NCBI GenBank assembly: GCA_021613535.1 | Contig: CP075495.1 | Location: forward strand, 10,726,001 to 10,790,000 | From: Adineta vaga | Taxonomy: Eukaryota; Animalia; Rotifera | Reading direction: 5' to 3' | Length of the DNA stretch: 64,000 nucleotides | Shown: positions 1 through 12,831 of the stretch, piece by piece | Numbering within the stretch: the stretch's first letter is position 1 | Layout: every line of letters starts with the position of its first letter | Notes under the pieces: generated by a model | The model's database searches: none | Seen by the model: the letters and a program-made list of their open reading frames with translations, nothing else | What the model was told of the DNA's origin: nothing | Made by a program: the position numbers and the translations under genes

Positions 1-79
1 TTGCTATTTTTAATCAATTAAATAATGAAAAGAAGAAGAAAAAACGCTTATAACAAAAGAAACGGGATTTTATTATTTA

Positions 80-2049
80 TTAAATAAGGTTATGGTTAAC
101 ATTGCGATATTTTAATATATGTTGATAATTCCATTCGTCTATAACAAAAAGTAAAATAGTATCATATTAATTAGAATAGCAATCTTTTTACCATATGCTC
201 GACAACTTCCCATATCATATTCATCACATGATACTTGTGCTTGACCCGATTTTCGTTCGGGTAGATCAGGTTCTGGTGGGCGTTTACCAAGTGAATAGAA
301 ATTTTCATAATAATACCTATTCCAAACAGAAAAAAAAACAAGCTGATCGTATTTTAATAGGTCTTCTCAATAGAAAAATTTACCATCGCTGTAAAACAAA
401 TTTTCCTTCTTCATCGCCAACGATATTAGCCGAATGAAGACTTGTCTCTTCACATTCACCTTTTTCATTCATATTATTCCAAACAATAACTCGACCTTCT
501 TTTGGTTTTATTTTAATTTCCAATTCTTCAAAAAATAAAGACTTATAAATTTCAATTTTACAATAAAAACAAACATTTTTTACCAGGAAATTCTGTTTCA
601 CCACCTTCCATAACTGTATTCAAATAAGCTAAAAATGTTGCATAACGATCTTGTTTTGAACCATTTACTGTACAATCATGATGTGCCTTATAACCTAGGA
701 AAGAAAATTGTATGAACAGATATTTATGAATATTCTTACCAACACCTTTATCTGTTGATGTTATTTGAAATTTTCCACCATGACTTGATTGTAATCCAGT
801 ACCATCTTCGATACGTTGTGATAACAATGTTGAAAATGGACTTTCACCAAGATAAAATGCAGTTGAATAAGACCATTTTAATCCCCATTCTTTCAACATT
901 GATGAAAATGTTTCATTGATACATGTAGTACCTAAGTATAACGAGAAAATCATTGCAATACTGTGAGAGAAGGCCAGCATCTCACCTTTTGTAAAATCAT
1001 TAGGTGTTACATGAATATCTGTATCTGGTTTTAAATCTTTTAGATGTTTTCGTAAAGTTTGAATACTATTAAAACATATGATTGGATCAATTTCTTTCAT
1101 TTTTTTCACATGTTCTTTATGTACTTTAATTAAATTAATACATTCATCATGTGAAAGAAATTCTTCAAATAACCAATGTCTAAAAAGAGCGATAAACAAT
1201 GATTAAAAGTATTGATTAATTGCAATAATCTTAATGAGCAACGAGCAGCTTGTCTAAGACACTTTAGAAATAATCTTTACTTGACACTACTAGTGTGCTC
1301 TTTACCAGCACGAACAGCAATAGGTGGTACACGACGATGACCACCATTCGATTTTGGTATAGGTATCCATAATTTTTTCGTTTTTATCATGTCTGATAAT
1401 GTGAAGAAAGAATGAGAGAGAAAGAAAGATATTCAATGTTTCTTTATATGTTTAGAGAAAATCTTAGAACGGTAATGAACATACTTATTTTTGTTGATTT
1501 GAAATTTTTGACTGCATCTGGTATTTCTTTATTTCGACCAGTTACATCGATAATTTCTGGTTGTTGACTCGCTTTTTCTAATTTGACACGTTCGGATCCT
1601 TCTTCTGATTTTTCAGATTTCTTTTGAGTCTTTGGTTTCGATTCTTTCGGTTTTTCTGTTACTGGAGGTTTCACTGTTGTTGATTCAGGAACTTTTATAG
1701 TTAATGGTTCATCTTTTAAATAAATTGGTTCTTCATCAACAGTAGGATCATTTTTTACCGTTGTAGCTTTAACAGTCGTCGTTAGCGTAGTTTTTAGTTC
1801 TTCAATAATTATTTCTGGAACGGCTGTCGTTGTTGTTGGTAATGGAGATACTGTAGTCGTTTGTTCGATGGGAGCAACATATGGTGTTTGTTGATTAAAT
1901 AGTGGTGTAATTTGTACACCAATATTTGAATAAAACAAGAGAACTAATGGCTGTAATGAAACAGCAATAACTCCACCAGCGATAGCAACAAGTAATAAAG
2001 TTATTGTACTCGTGCCTGTTTGCACAATTTCTGTTTTTTTATTTGACAT
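80..2049 (-). CDS. Membrane-anchored prolyl 4-hydroxylase-like 2OG-Fe(II) oxygenase (about 8 exons)
   Basis: Spliced ORF from ATG 2049 to TAA 80-82 (ends ...DEWNYQHILKYRNVNHNLI*). N-terminal TM helix and Thr/Pro-rich stalk, then FEEFLSHDEC, HHDC (HxD), RYATFLAYLNTVMEGGETEFP, IKPKEGRVIVWNN, SLHSA and KFVLQRW, which are P4H catalytic-domain motifs. Confidence 0.85.
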
Positions 2050-2141
2050 TTTATCTGAAAAACATTAAACAAAAGGTCTACTTTGCCAACAGTCGAAGAG
2101 ATTTATGATCAATATGAGAAAATAACATCATAAAAATTAAA

Positions 2142-3899
2142 CTATCTTACTTTACTACTAAACGCTTTGGTAAAAAAATCTTGTATAGGTCCAAATACTT
2201 TACTTCGTTTTTTCGATTCTTTATAAGGTACTGTTTGATCATCAATTGAATATAAATGTTGTCGAAGATACGATCTCCAATAATAATTTTGTCCGAGAAA
2301 GACCATTGATGCTAAAAATCCATTGATTAATGGATAAGCAACAAAATAACGATGCGCCATTCCTTTAAAAGCATGGCGACGAAAAAATTCTCGCCATTCG
2401 GGATATGCTCGAATATTAAATTGTGGTAAACGTATAGTTTTATTTAAAAGACATGAAGATAAATTAGCAAAAACAGCCATACTTGTTCCTAATGTGACTG
2501 GTATAAAACTTCCAATAGCAAATGTACGTATCTCTAAACATGTAGGACATAACGTTGGATCATCAGAAAACATTGGACGAAGAACACCATAATAATACGT
2601 TGCTAAATGTGCAACAGTAACAGCAAAAAAACAAGCAGCACTAGTTGGACGTACACTTAAACTAACATTAAGAGCTAGATTTTGTGCCATACGACTACTG
2701 ATCGTTCCACCTAAACAGAATAGATGCAGAGATTTAATTTTAATTTTCATCTGAATTTAATAAAATAATTAACTAAAAAAAGAAAGATTATGATTTTCTT
2801 TTCTCTATCAATTAATTGAACTTTATTCTTATCATTAATTTCATGCATTATTTATTTGCCGTTAGCATAGTTTCTCTGTTGCTCTTTTTTTTGCTTCTTA
2901 TCATGATCTTTTCTTCTAATCAAATTTTCTTTTCTTTTATCTATGTGTTACATTATGTAATAGATATATCCATGAACAAATTCCGAAATTCTGTTGAATG
3001 TCATATATAAAATGCAAATGGAATATTGAATCAATTTCGGGTTAAAATGTTAATGGATAAAAGAAAAGATATTCGATAGAAGAAGTATCACATATTAATC
3101 ATCTATAAACTATAACAAATCTGATTATTGTAATTCGATGTTATTTTGTACATGTAGATAAATCTTACAAAATCAATATTCTCGATGGAATAATGATGAG
3201 TTTCTATGACATAGATTCAAGGTGAACACAGTTTCTCTTTAACATTCTTCTAAACTTTCTAATGTAAACTTAAGTACATTTGTTTAGCTTAATCGTTTTT
3301 TAACTTGTTGATGATGCATTAGAAAGCAGTACATTATATGATACTTGAACCATGATTCATTCACAATGGTCCAATTAACTGAATAGTACGGAGACAAACA
3401 TTGAGCTCGCCTTTTCTTTTTGTTCACATTCTAATTGAATGAACACTTAAGAAAAATCTCAATAGAAAAACTGTAGTCAATATACAGTTCATTACACATC
3501 AGCTATTTTTCTTTGTTCACTTCGAAGTATCATGATTTGTTCAGTTAGATCACAGTGACAATAAAGTTCATTATCAGAGTATAGTATGACAAAAGTTCAA
3601 GTTCAAATAACATCATTAAGAAGAGTATGTAGTATGAACTAACCTAAGAATCCACTAGAAAATGATGCAACAGCATTTCCAGCAACAATTGGCCAATTCT
3701 CTTGAAATGATAAGGATTGAACTGCATTTAAACGTTTCCAACCAATTTTATAATAATCTTGTTGATTTAGGTAAAATTGTTCATTAAAGAGAAGTTGTTG
3801 ACTACGATTATTCCTAGTATTATCATGTTGATTTTGATAAGCGAACTCATCAACAGTTTGATGTGGTCGAACAATTTGGATTCGTTTTGGTTCATTCAT
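2142..3899 (-). CDS. TMEM126: TMEM126 family mitochondrial inner-membrane protein (2 exons, ~930 nt intron)
   Basis: Exon 3899-~3645 splices in frame (SSGFL|GGTISS) to exon ~2711-2142. Several hydrophobic helices and the LCPTCLEIR motif, matching the TMEM126 CxxCxxxR. Confidence 0.7.
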
Positions 3900-3913
3900 C
3901 TAAAAACAAAAAT

Positions 3914-4390
3914 TTAATCTACAGTTTTATTTTCATTCAAATTTTCTTTCGATAAAAATGATTGTTTTTCTTTTAGCAATTGTTCAATCTGTGATTTTAG
4001 ATATAAAATATTTGCTTGTCTTTTACAAGCTTCGATAGATAAATCAACTGTTTGTTGAAAAGATTTTTGACTTTGTTTTAAAACATTCGGAGTAAGCAGA
4101 CCAAACCATTTTAATGCATCATCACCCTGTTCTTTATCCGTTTCTTTGTCGGCTTCAAATGGTAATGATGATGATGATATAGCGATTTTTGTTGCAGCAA
4201 GCATTGGATCTCTTTCGGAATATTGCAAACGTGAAAGATTATTTACACCCATAATAATACGTGCACGAGAAAGATTAAAATATCCTTGTTTAATTGTATC
4301 TTCAAGTAATTGTTTACAAGAAAGTAAATGACCAAATTCTTCCAAATAACTAACAGTTAATTTATCTATTTGTTCGCAGAGTGTATCCAT
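3914..4390 (-). CDS. CCDC115: V-ATPase assembly factor VMA22/CCDC115, intronless
   Basis: Motifs GYFNLSRARIIMG and DALKWFGLLTPNVLKQSQKSF match VMA22/CCDC115; 158 aa. Confidence 0.85.
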   Translation of the reverse strand: MDTLCEQIDKLTVSYLEEFGHLLSCKQLLEDTIKQGYFNLSRARIIMGVNNLSRLQYSERDPMLAATKIAISSSSLPFEADKETDKEQGDDALKWFGLLTPNVLKQSQKSFQQTVDLSIEACKRQANILYLKSQIEQLLKEKQSFLSKENLNENKTVD

Positions 4391-4964
4391 TGAAAAAATG
4401 AATTATTTAGAGTTTGAGATAAGATGTGGAAGATGATGTATGTATTACAATTGCAATTGCCAGTAGCGAGAAAACTCATCTATCGCCATTCGTCCACGTT
4501 GTATCTAGATCCTCTAAATAGAAGACACATTCACACGAGGGCGTTGGTTATTGCAGAACTGTAACAAGTTTATTCAATTCGTATTCATGAAGAATAGAAA
4601 TCGATAAATTCGACATAAACTTTACTAATAATATTCTTTCAGATGATGACAATCATTTTTATCAGATTCAATGAAGAAGATCTCATTCTGCTTGAAGACT
4701 ATCTTATACTGAATAGTTTGAATGCATGATTTATACTCCTTGGTGAACAATCAGATAGACTTTTTAATTTATTCAGTGCATGCAGTTAGTGTCTTCAAAA
4801 CATATTTTTGACTTGAACTTTATTCTCCCTCTCTTTCAATGAACTGATCTTAACACTACACAAATAATTCTAGGGACGATTATAAGTCTAATATCGTTCA
4901 AAATGAAACGTATTCCAACAGAAGCTGGTGGAAAGACAGAATAAATAAAAATATTCGTAAGATC

Positions 4965-5945
4965 CAAAATGTTCTTTTGATATGGTTAAATGCAAATATT
5001 GATCAAAGCAATGATCATAAAGCATGAATAATTATTTCAAGACATCTTGGTCAATAGATTGCATCTTATGTATACAATCTGTCACAAGTGGGTTCAATTT
5101 TTATTTTTTGTGATAACATAAATCGACATGAAGGATGAATGAAAGAATGGATTAAGATTAAAGGGATTTATCATAAAGAAACACCTTCTGTTGGTATAGT
5201 TATGACAGCATCTTACATTGCATGCTCAATCGAAGTATACGAATGGATTTCTTTATCAATGATCTACAGCAACATATTAATCATATTTTCACAGTTTATC
5301 GTGGACAAGGATTATCAGTGGTAGATTTGGAATAGCTAGAGCACACACAAGGTGGGTTACTGTCATTTAACAACTTCTTATCTACAGGCAAGAATAAAGA
5401 TGTTTCACTTTGGTTTGCAAAAGAAAATATAAGTTATCCATACTTGGTCTAAAACAAACAACAACAGCATTTGCATTAATTCATGGTGTACGCGCTTTTT
5501 TCAATATACAGCGTGTTTCGAATTCAAAATATCAAACAAACGAATGGAAATAATAAACTCTTCTAGGTGAATTTGACACTTGCCAATGATAATGACAAAG
5601 AGTTGTATGCACTAGCTGAACATATGGGAGAAGAGAGTTTTCCAAACACAGACGGATTGTATAAATTGGCTTTAGTATTAGAGAGCATGAGTCACCATAA
5701 TCAGACTGAAGAGATTTGTCAGATATTATTTGAATATATAAACAGTGAAGGAAAGTGACAAGACAGCGATTTATCATCAACCTGGTTTGATCAAAGATAA
5801 CCAAGGAGACTATCAAGAGACGACCAGTTTCTATAAAAAAAAGCACTTTATTATCATGAAAGAACTCTTGCAATTTGATTACAATCATATCCTTTAAATC
5901 ATCCTGCTTTGGCTTCAACTATTAAAACAACATCGGTATGACAAC
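4965..5945 (+). pseudogene. Degraded TPR / NAD:arginine ADP-ribosyltransferase family pseudogene
   Basis: Collinear fragments in different frames, broken by stops and deletions: QNVLLIWLNANIDQ, SQVGSIFIFCDN, EWIKIKG, TVYRGQGLS, GGLLSFNNFLST, DVSLWFA, VNLTLANDNDKEL, IYHQPGLIKDNQGDYQE, NHPALAS..NNIG. Confidence 0.75.
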
Positions 5946-6715
5946 ATAGATGACTACCATCACCCTTATCTTTAAATGTATGCATAGAGACATTCTGCCT
6001 ATCGTTTGAAGACTAGATATGCACAAAGAAGAAGAACGAGATGTAAAAACATATCATATTAAAGTCTTGTGAGACAGATCAATATTCACTACAAGCTACT
6101 AAGAGATGATAAAGTGATCACTGTAAAAACACTACACAAGGACATCTATTGAAATCTTGTCTACATATCACTAGGGAAAATGAACTGGATGTGATTTTGG
6201 CTCATATACGCGAAGTCTGGTTCACTTCATGACGAACGGCTACAGAAAAGAAAGAATATGATTTGATTTCCGGAGACTAATTCGCTTACAAATGACATCT
6301 ATTGAAATAAAATATTCTCTTACACTGATTGCCATTTCCAGGTGAACTATGGACTATGGATCTGAAATTTAGTTCTCTTTTACTCATCCGATCTGATAAC
6401 TCAGGATCGATCGAAAAGTATAAATATCACTAGTTGATTGTGATTAGATTTTATGTCGAATGATAGAATAAGTGAATAGGCATTACTTGTTGAGAATGAT
6501 GTATTGATATGATTTAATTACTTCTTACACGTTATAGATTGATAAATACGTTTCAATATTTTCGGTTAGTTCTCTTCATTTATGTCTATGATCTACTTTG
6601 TTTCTGTTCATTATTTTCCCATTTCCGATCCTTATTTGTAAAAAAAGATACAATTTTTTTAATCTAAATCGTTGATCTATTTTTGATTACACATGCTTTG
6701 TAGCTAAAAAGAGAT

Positions 6716-8357
6716 ATGACTGAACCAGTAATTATTCCTGCTAGTGAAAAACATACAACCACAGTAAGAAATCATATTATTGTTATAGAAAAGTCAAATG
6801 ATTGTTATCGTTAATTTTAGTGTATCTTTTTTACATGGATTAGATGATATCGGGTATGCTTTTGAAAGACTTGGCTTTTACGATTTGAATTGTTCAATTT
6901 TTTTACAGTAAAACTTGGTTTGAAGAGTTCAATACATTTGATATACCAAAATGTCTTCCATATATGAAATTTGTCTTTCCAACAGCGTAAACAAAGAATC
7001 TAAGAAATGCAAATTTGAAATGTTGGTTTCATTCTATCTTCCTAGTTCAATTATGAAAATTTCGAAAAATAACGGTGAAGAAATGACGAGTTGTAAGTAG
7101 TTCAGTAATTGTAGTATAAATGTGAATTCTTTGTTTAAACAGGGTTCGATATTTATGGTTTTGATCAGAATGCAAAAGAAGATCAAGAAAGTATTGAAAA
7201 AGCATCTGAACTTTGTAAGTACCTTTTTCCATATATACTATGCTAAAGATTATGTACTGGAGTTATTTCTAGTAAACTGTTTTGTCGAAGCAGAAATAAA
7301 AAATGGAATTCCAGTAGAACATATTGTAAGACAATTTATTCTTACAAATAGTATTGCAGATGATATTTTACTTTTAGATTATCGGAGGTTTTTCTATGTG
7401 AGAATTTATTTTCAAAGATTGCTTTTCTCAAAGCTTTCTATGGAAATTTTAGGGGTGGTGCCGTTGCCCTTCACACAGGTATCAAATTTATCATTTGATC
7501 TCCTTTAAAACTGACTAATTATGATTTTTTTTTCCATAGCATTAATATCATCTTACAGATTTGGAGGTGTTCTTGCTCTTTCAACATGGTTACCTCTCTT
7601 AACTACTTTCCACAAAGTAAACTAGTATACTTGATAAAAAAATTGTTTCGAGTTCTAAATTTCTAGACACTTGTCGCTGGCGATAAGAAAGTAGATTTGC
7701 CAATACTTCATTGTCATGGTATGTTATATGACAGATTTATTATAGTAGAATAATGATATATATTCTTATTCTAAATAGGAAATAAAGATTCAATAATACA
7801 ATTAAATTGGGCTCGATCAAGTGAAGATGCTTTCAAAAGAATGGGATTTAAACAGTATATATTCAAAGAATATGATGGTATGGATCATACAAATTGTGAA
7901 CAAGTAAGTCATTTGTATGCTCAGCAAATTCTTAGATGTTAAAATCAACAAATTTGAAGTCAAATGAAATGATGTAATAGTTTCTTCCGAACTGTAAAAC
8001 AGAAAGAATAACAAAGAAATATTGTGTACATGAAATTCATGTTCGTAGAAATCTATTGAGTGACTCAAGCATTAGGAGAGAAGTCGATGGTCTTCAGTTT
8101 CATTTGTAATGTGATAGAATACTACCATAATGTGTCATTTTGTTTGAATTATTTTTGTATGTTAATCGCATCTATGGAGACTTCATAAGAAATATTATAT
8201 TTTCGACAACTAACAGTAATACAGTTGTATCAACATTATATCTTACTTGATTAGAAATCTTCATGCTGTGAAAATAATTTCAACTAAATGTCTTTTTCTT
8301 TCTATTTAGGAAATGAAAGATCTACTTACTTTTATTCAACAATACTTACCAGAATAA
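6716..8357 (+). CDS. Acyl-protein thioesterase / lysophospholipase (LYPLA-like), paralog 1, many small exons
   Basis: Spliced motifs PVIIPASEKHTTT-CIFLHGLDDIG, FVFPTA, WFDIYG, IIGGFSMGG (GxSxG), LSTWLP, CHGNKD, MDHT; stop at 8355-8357. Confidence 0.85.
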
Positions 8358-8502
8358 AACTAATTGACACTTCTTATTCATTCGATTCATTTTTTATATC
8401 TTGCTGCTATTTTTCTTTCTTCTAAATTATTTTCTTTCTTTTTTTTTTAAATCAAAAGGAATTATAAGTCTATATGTTTCAGTTGTTTGCTTCTATTATT
8501 GA

Positions 8503-9881
8503 ATGGGAAATTCATGTTCAACAACATGGCCATTAAGTCATTGTTTGAATGCAGCTCGAACATCGTCACAATCAGAAGATGAATGCAATGCATTGAGAAA
8601 TAAATCCGCACCTGCCATCATTCCTGCTACTGATGAACAAACAGCTACGGTAAATAATGAATTATTGTTATTGAAGTACTATTGATGCATATATTTATTT
8701 AGGTTATCTTCTTGCATGGTCTCGGTGATTGTGGGTATGTTAGCAACGATTCATTGATTGGATTTTCTATGAATGTTTTATAGAGAAAATTGGTATGATG
8801 CATTTAAAATATATGATATAGAAAAAAATTTGCCTTATGCGAAGTTTATTTTTCCAACAGCGTATGTAGAATTAATTACTTTTCTCGTTGTCGTTTGATT
8901 AATTATGTTATGTTTTATGCAGTCCAGTTCGAAAAGTAACATTGAATATGGGTATGACCATGACTAGTTGTAAGTGATAGCAAATAAAAAATTTTATATA
9001 AAAGATAATTTATGCATGTACCTGACGATAGGGTTTGATATTCGTGGTCTTGATCAAACTGTAAAAGAAGATCAAGTGGGAATTGAAAAATCATCTGTAT
9101 TTTGTAAGTTTGAATATTGATTCGTTATGCTATTTCATATTCTTATTATCTAATTAGTAAAGAATCTCATTGAAGAAGAAATTACAAATGGAATCTCATC
9201 TAATCGTATTGTAAGTCTATTATTATTCTATAACATTAGATAATGTTTTCTTTTAGATTATTGGTGGTTTTTCTATGTAAGTGAATTGAATTTTATAACA
9301 CTTTCTATCATACTTTTCATATTTCTATCAGGGGTGGAGCAATTGCTCTTCATGCAGGTATATTTTATTAGTTTATGTTTCTTTTCTAATATTATTTCTT
9401 TCTGCTAGCATTGACATCTCCTCATGCAATTGGTGGTGTCATAGCTCTATCAACATGGTTACCTTTGGCATCAACATTTCCAAATGTAAGTTCTCTAATG
9501 GAATTAAATATTGAAACTTTCTATTTATTATTATAGGCACTTACATCTAGTGATAAAAAAGTTAATTTACCTATTCTACAATGCCATGGTAATAGAAAAG
9601 AATAAAGTTTTATCAATATAATTATATAAATTTTTAATTCATTAGGAACTCAGGATCCATTGGTACAATTGAAATGGGCTCGACTCACTGAACAGGGAAT
9701 TGTTGCAATGGGTTTAAAACGATATTCATTTAGAGAATATCAAAATATGGATCATTCAACATGTGATCGAGTATGAATGAAAACTACTATGTAGATAAAT
9801 TGATTCATATTTCGTTTGAATTTCTAGGAAATGCAAGATGTCACTTCCTTCATTGTTCAACATCTACCAAAAATGGATTAA
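8503..9881 (+). CDS. Acyl-protein thioesterase / lysophospholipase (LYPLA-like), paralog 2, with an MGNSCS N-terminus
   Basis: VIFLHGLGDCG, FIFPTA, WFDIRGL, IIGGFSMGG, LSTWLP, CHGTQD, MDHST; same intron positions as paralog 1; stop at 9879-9881. Confidence 0.88.
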
Positions 9882-10140
9882 TTGAAACTGATTTCTATAT
9901 TCGCAATAACAAATAAGATTGTATAATCTCAAAATATTCATGTTAAATTTGCATCTATATTTAACTATATGTTTAGTTGTTTGTATTTCATTTTTTTAGC
10001 GTTAAAATATGTGACATGATAATAAATCAGACTATTGTCAAAATTTTAAATTATTTGAAAATGATAAATACTCTTTCGATCTTGAAAAACGTCGTTGATA
10101 TGCAAAATATATTTAATGAGAAAACGAGAGAAATAAACAA

Positions 10141-12831
10141 TCATTCAACATCATCACCATCGACTATAAATCCATTCTTTCTTATTGGTGCTTTATCCCA
10201 ATGTTCTGTTATACCAGCTATGAAATCACTTCGTACAATTTTACCACGATTGATAACTTGTCCATTTTGTTCTTCTTTAACATAGATACCTTCTACTGGA
10301 CCATCATAGAATTGAGATGGTTCATGAACCATTCCTTTTAAGACATTATCGGATGGTCGTGGTCCTCGATACATAATAGGTACGAGAAAAATATTTGTTC
10401 CTTCAAGTAATCGTTCAAGTGTATCACGATCAGTCCATGTTTTTGTTCGACGATCATATAAATCAAATGCAAGAAATCGATCCAGTAAGCGTGAATAAGG
10501 AATCGAATGTTGTGCAACAAGCCATTCTCCATAAAGAATATATCGTTCAGGAAATGAGTTATCTCGATCAAGAATACTATAAAGACCTTCGGTGTTTCAA
10601 TCCATGTATAAAGAGGACGAAATTGTGCATGTGTAGTTGATGTTATATAATGTGAACGATTTTGTACAAGCAGTTCTCGATCAGCTGACAATGAAAAACC
10701 CATATTAGCACCATCAACTTTTTCTGTAATAATGACATATGGTGCATGTGTTGCTTGATTGAATGATACTAAAAAGTCATCTGAAGTTGCCGCACCTAAA
10801 TTCATAAGATGACCTGTACGTAAAAATTTAAGAATACCGACCGGTGTCAGTCTTCTAATTAATTCATTGGCAGCATCAAATGATCGAACAATGCATACAG
10901 CAGTAAATCCTTCATCTAATCTCGGTCTTTCCATTTGTCTTAGCATACTTTGAACAGCTGTTCGTACGCGTTGACCTGGCACAAGTGTTGGATGATCAGA
11001 ACGTTGTTGAGCACGAGATACACACAATTGAGGATCATAATCAAAATAAACACAAATAGGTTTACGTGCCCAATGAGCAATTGCTAGCCATTGTTTTCGA
11101 TCATCTCGATCTGGATTACATCGATCTAAAATGGTTTTAGCATATTTACCAGGTCGACCTAATTCACGTTCACATGTATCACGTGATCTTGTTTCATCTT
11201 GAGAAACAATTGTCCAATGATCATCACGTAGAACCATCATTTGTGCTATGTAAGATTTTCCTGAACCAGGCAAACCACAAAGCATAACTAAATCAATATT
11301 TCCATCTAATTGTCCTTCAATTTCTAATGGTAATCCTTCGGGTTCAGCAGGTAGTGGAGGTAAGGGAGATTGTCGTTTCCATACAGTACTCACAAATGTA
11401 TGAACAAATCTTTCTTGTTGTTCTGTTTCAACACTACCTGGTCGTAATTGTCGTAGTTTCTCAATTGCTTCACCTGCAGACATATATGGTTGTGTCCATT
11501 CTTGAGCGAATGGTGATTGAAAACCATATACAGCTAGATAACAAGCAATCATCGTACCAGCTCGACCTTTTCCACCACCACAATGTACCAATAAAGGTGT
11601 ATTCGTTGGATCGTTAATTAATCGAAAAAATAAATCAACTTGTTCAATAGTTGGTGCGTGATAATTTTCAACGGGAAGATGTGTATGTGATATTGTTTTA
11701 TTAAAGAACCATTCTTCCGGTAAAGGATCTTCTTCAGTTAATGTAATTACATGTCGAATACCAATATGAGGAGAAGCAAGTGCATCAATATCACGTTCAT
11801 GACGAGGAGTGGACATAGTCGACAGAAAAAATGGTACAATCCAACGAAAATAACGTGGTAATGAAAATAATTCTAAATTTCGAAAAATAAATTATTTCAT
11901 ACTATATGAAACCATTCCAAACCTTACCTGGATTTCCATTTATACTTCTCGAATCGATGAATGGTACTAGAAAATGTTCACGTGGAATTTGTTGATATTG
12001 AGGTTGTTCATCTGAATAGATATTAATAAAACGTTGGCGAATCATTTGTGTCCATGGCGTAAATAAATTTTCTCTTAATTCAGTTGGTATTTGTTCTAAT
12101 TCATTTTCACCAAATAAACATCCCCATTCGGTGTACATAGAAGCACAATTAAAAATCTTTTTAGAACAATATTCTTGAATTTTTTCATTTCCTTGTCCAT
12201 GAATGAGTTCTATAGTTCGAGCATAGGCTAACATTGCTAATTTATATTGTTCATTTCGTCGTGCAATATCAGCTAAACGAAGCCAACTTTTTTCTGAGTC
12301 AGGAAATCGATTACACATTTCTCGCGCATAGATGAAGACTTGATCATATTGATCCGATAAATTGTATGATAAAACGAGATGATCGACAGTATTTAAATTA
12401 TGATTTGCGATTGAAAAGGGTTCACGTAATGAATAAAGACTTTTATCTAATGAATGGTCATCATTGTTACTTAAAGTTATATGGAATTGTTTTGAAGGGA
12501 GACCATATTTTTTTCGAAAAATATTTCCTGCATTCCATACAATGACAATCCAACAAACACCTTTTGGATCACCACCAAGACCTAATGAAAATAAATTTTT
12601 TGTATCGATTTTTGCTGCATTATCATATAAATCATCGATTTTATTTGCTAAATCAGTTGTTAAGTGACGTAATTCATCTTTAGTTATCAATGTTATGTGA
12701 TAAGGAAATGGTGGAACTGTAGTAATACTAGCAGCACTAGCAATTTCTTTTGCTATTATATCAATGGGAGCACCGAAGACACCGAGATAACCTCCACCAC
12801 GTTTTATCACTATTTCATTGCTTTCAGCCAT
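10141..12831 (-). CDS. Multidomain RNA end-healing and ligation protein (2H phosphoesterase, TPR-like, Cys-phosphatase, P-loop polynucleotide kinase, Rnl2-like RNA ligase); frameshift at ~10591
   Basis: YHITL and FHITL (2H); HCGGGKGRAG (CX5R); GLPGSGKS and LDRCN (kinase); EKVDGAN, QNRSH, YGEW, FLAFDLYD, EGIYVK and RGKIVRSDF (ligase motifs I-V). One coding intron at ~11874-11926 (GTAAGG...TTTAG) joins ORF 12831 to ELFSLPRYFRWIVPFFLSTMSTPR. Confidence 0.88.

Noticed and set aside
10141-12831. Bacterial or fungal contaminant contig as the source of the RNA-repair gene
   Set aside because: It has a short GT-AG intron and AT-rich codon usage like its neighbours and is contiguous with clearly metazoan genes. 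Read-level confirmation is still needed.
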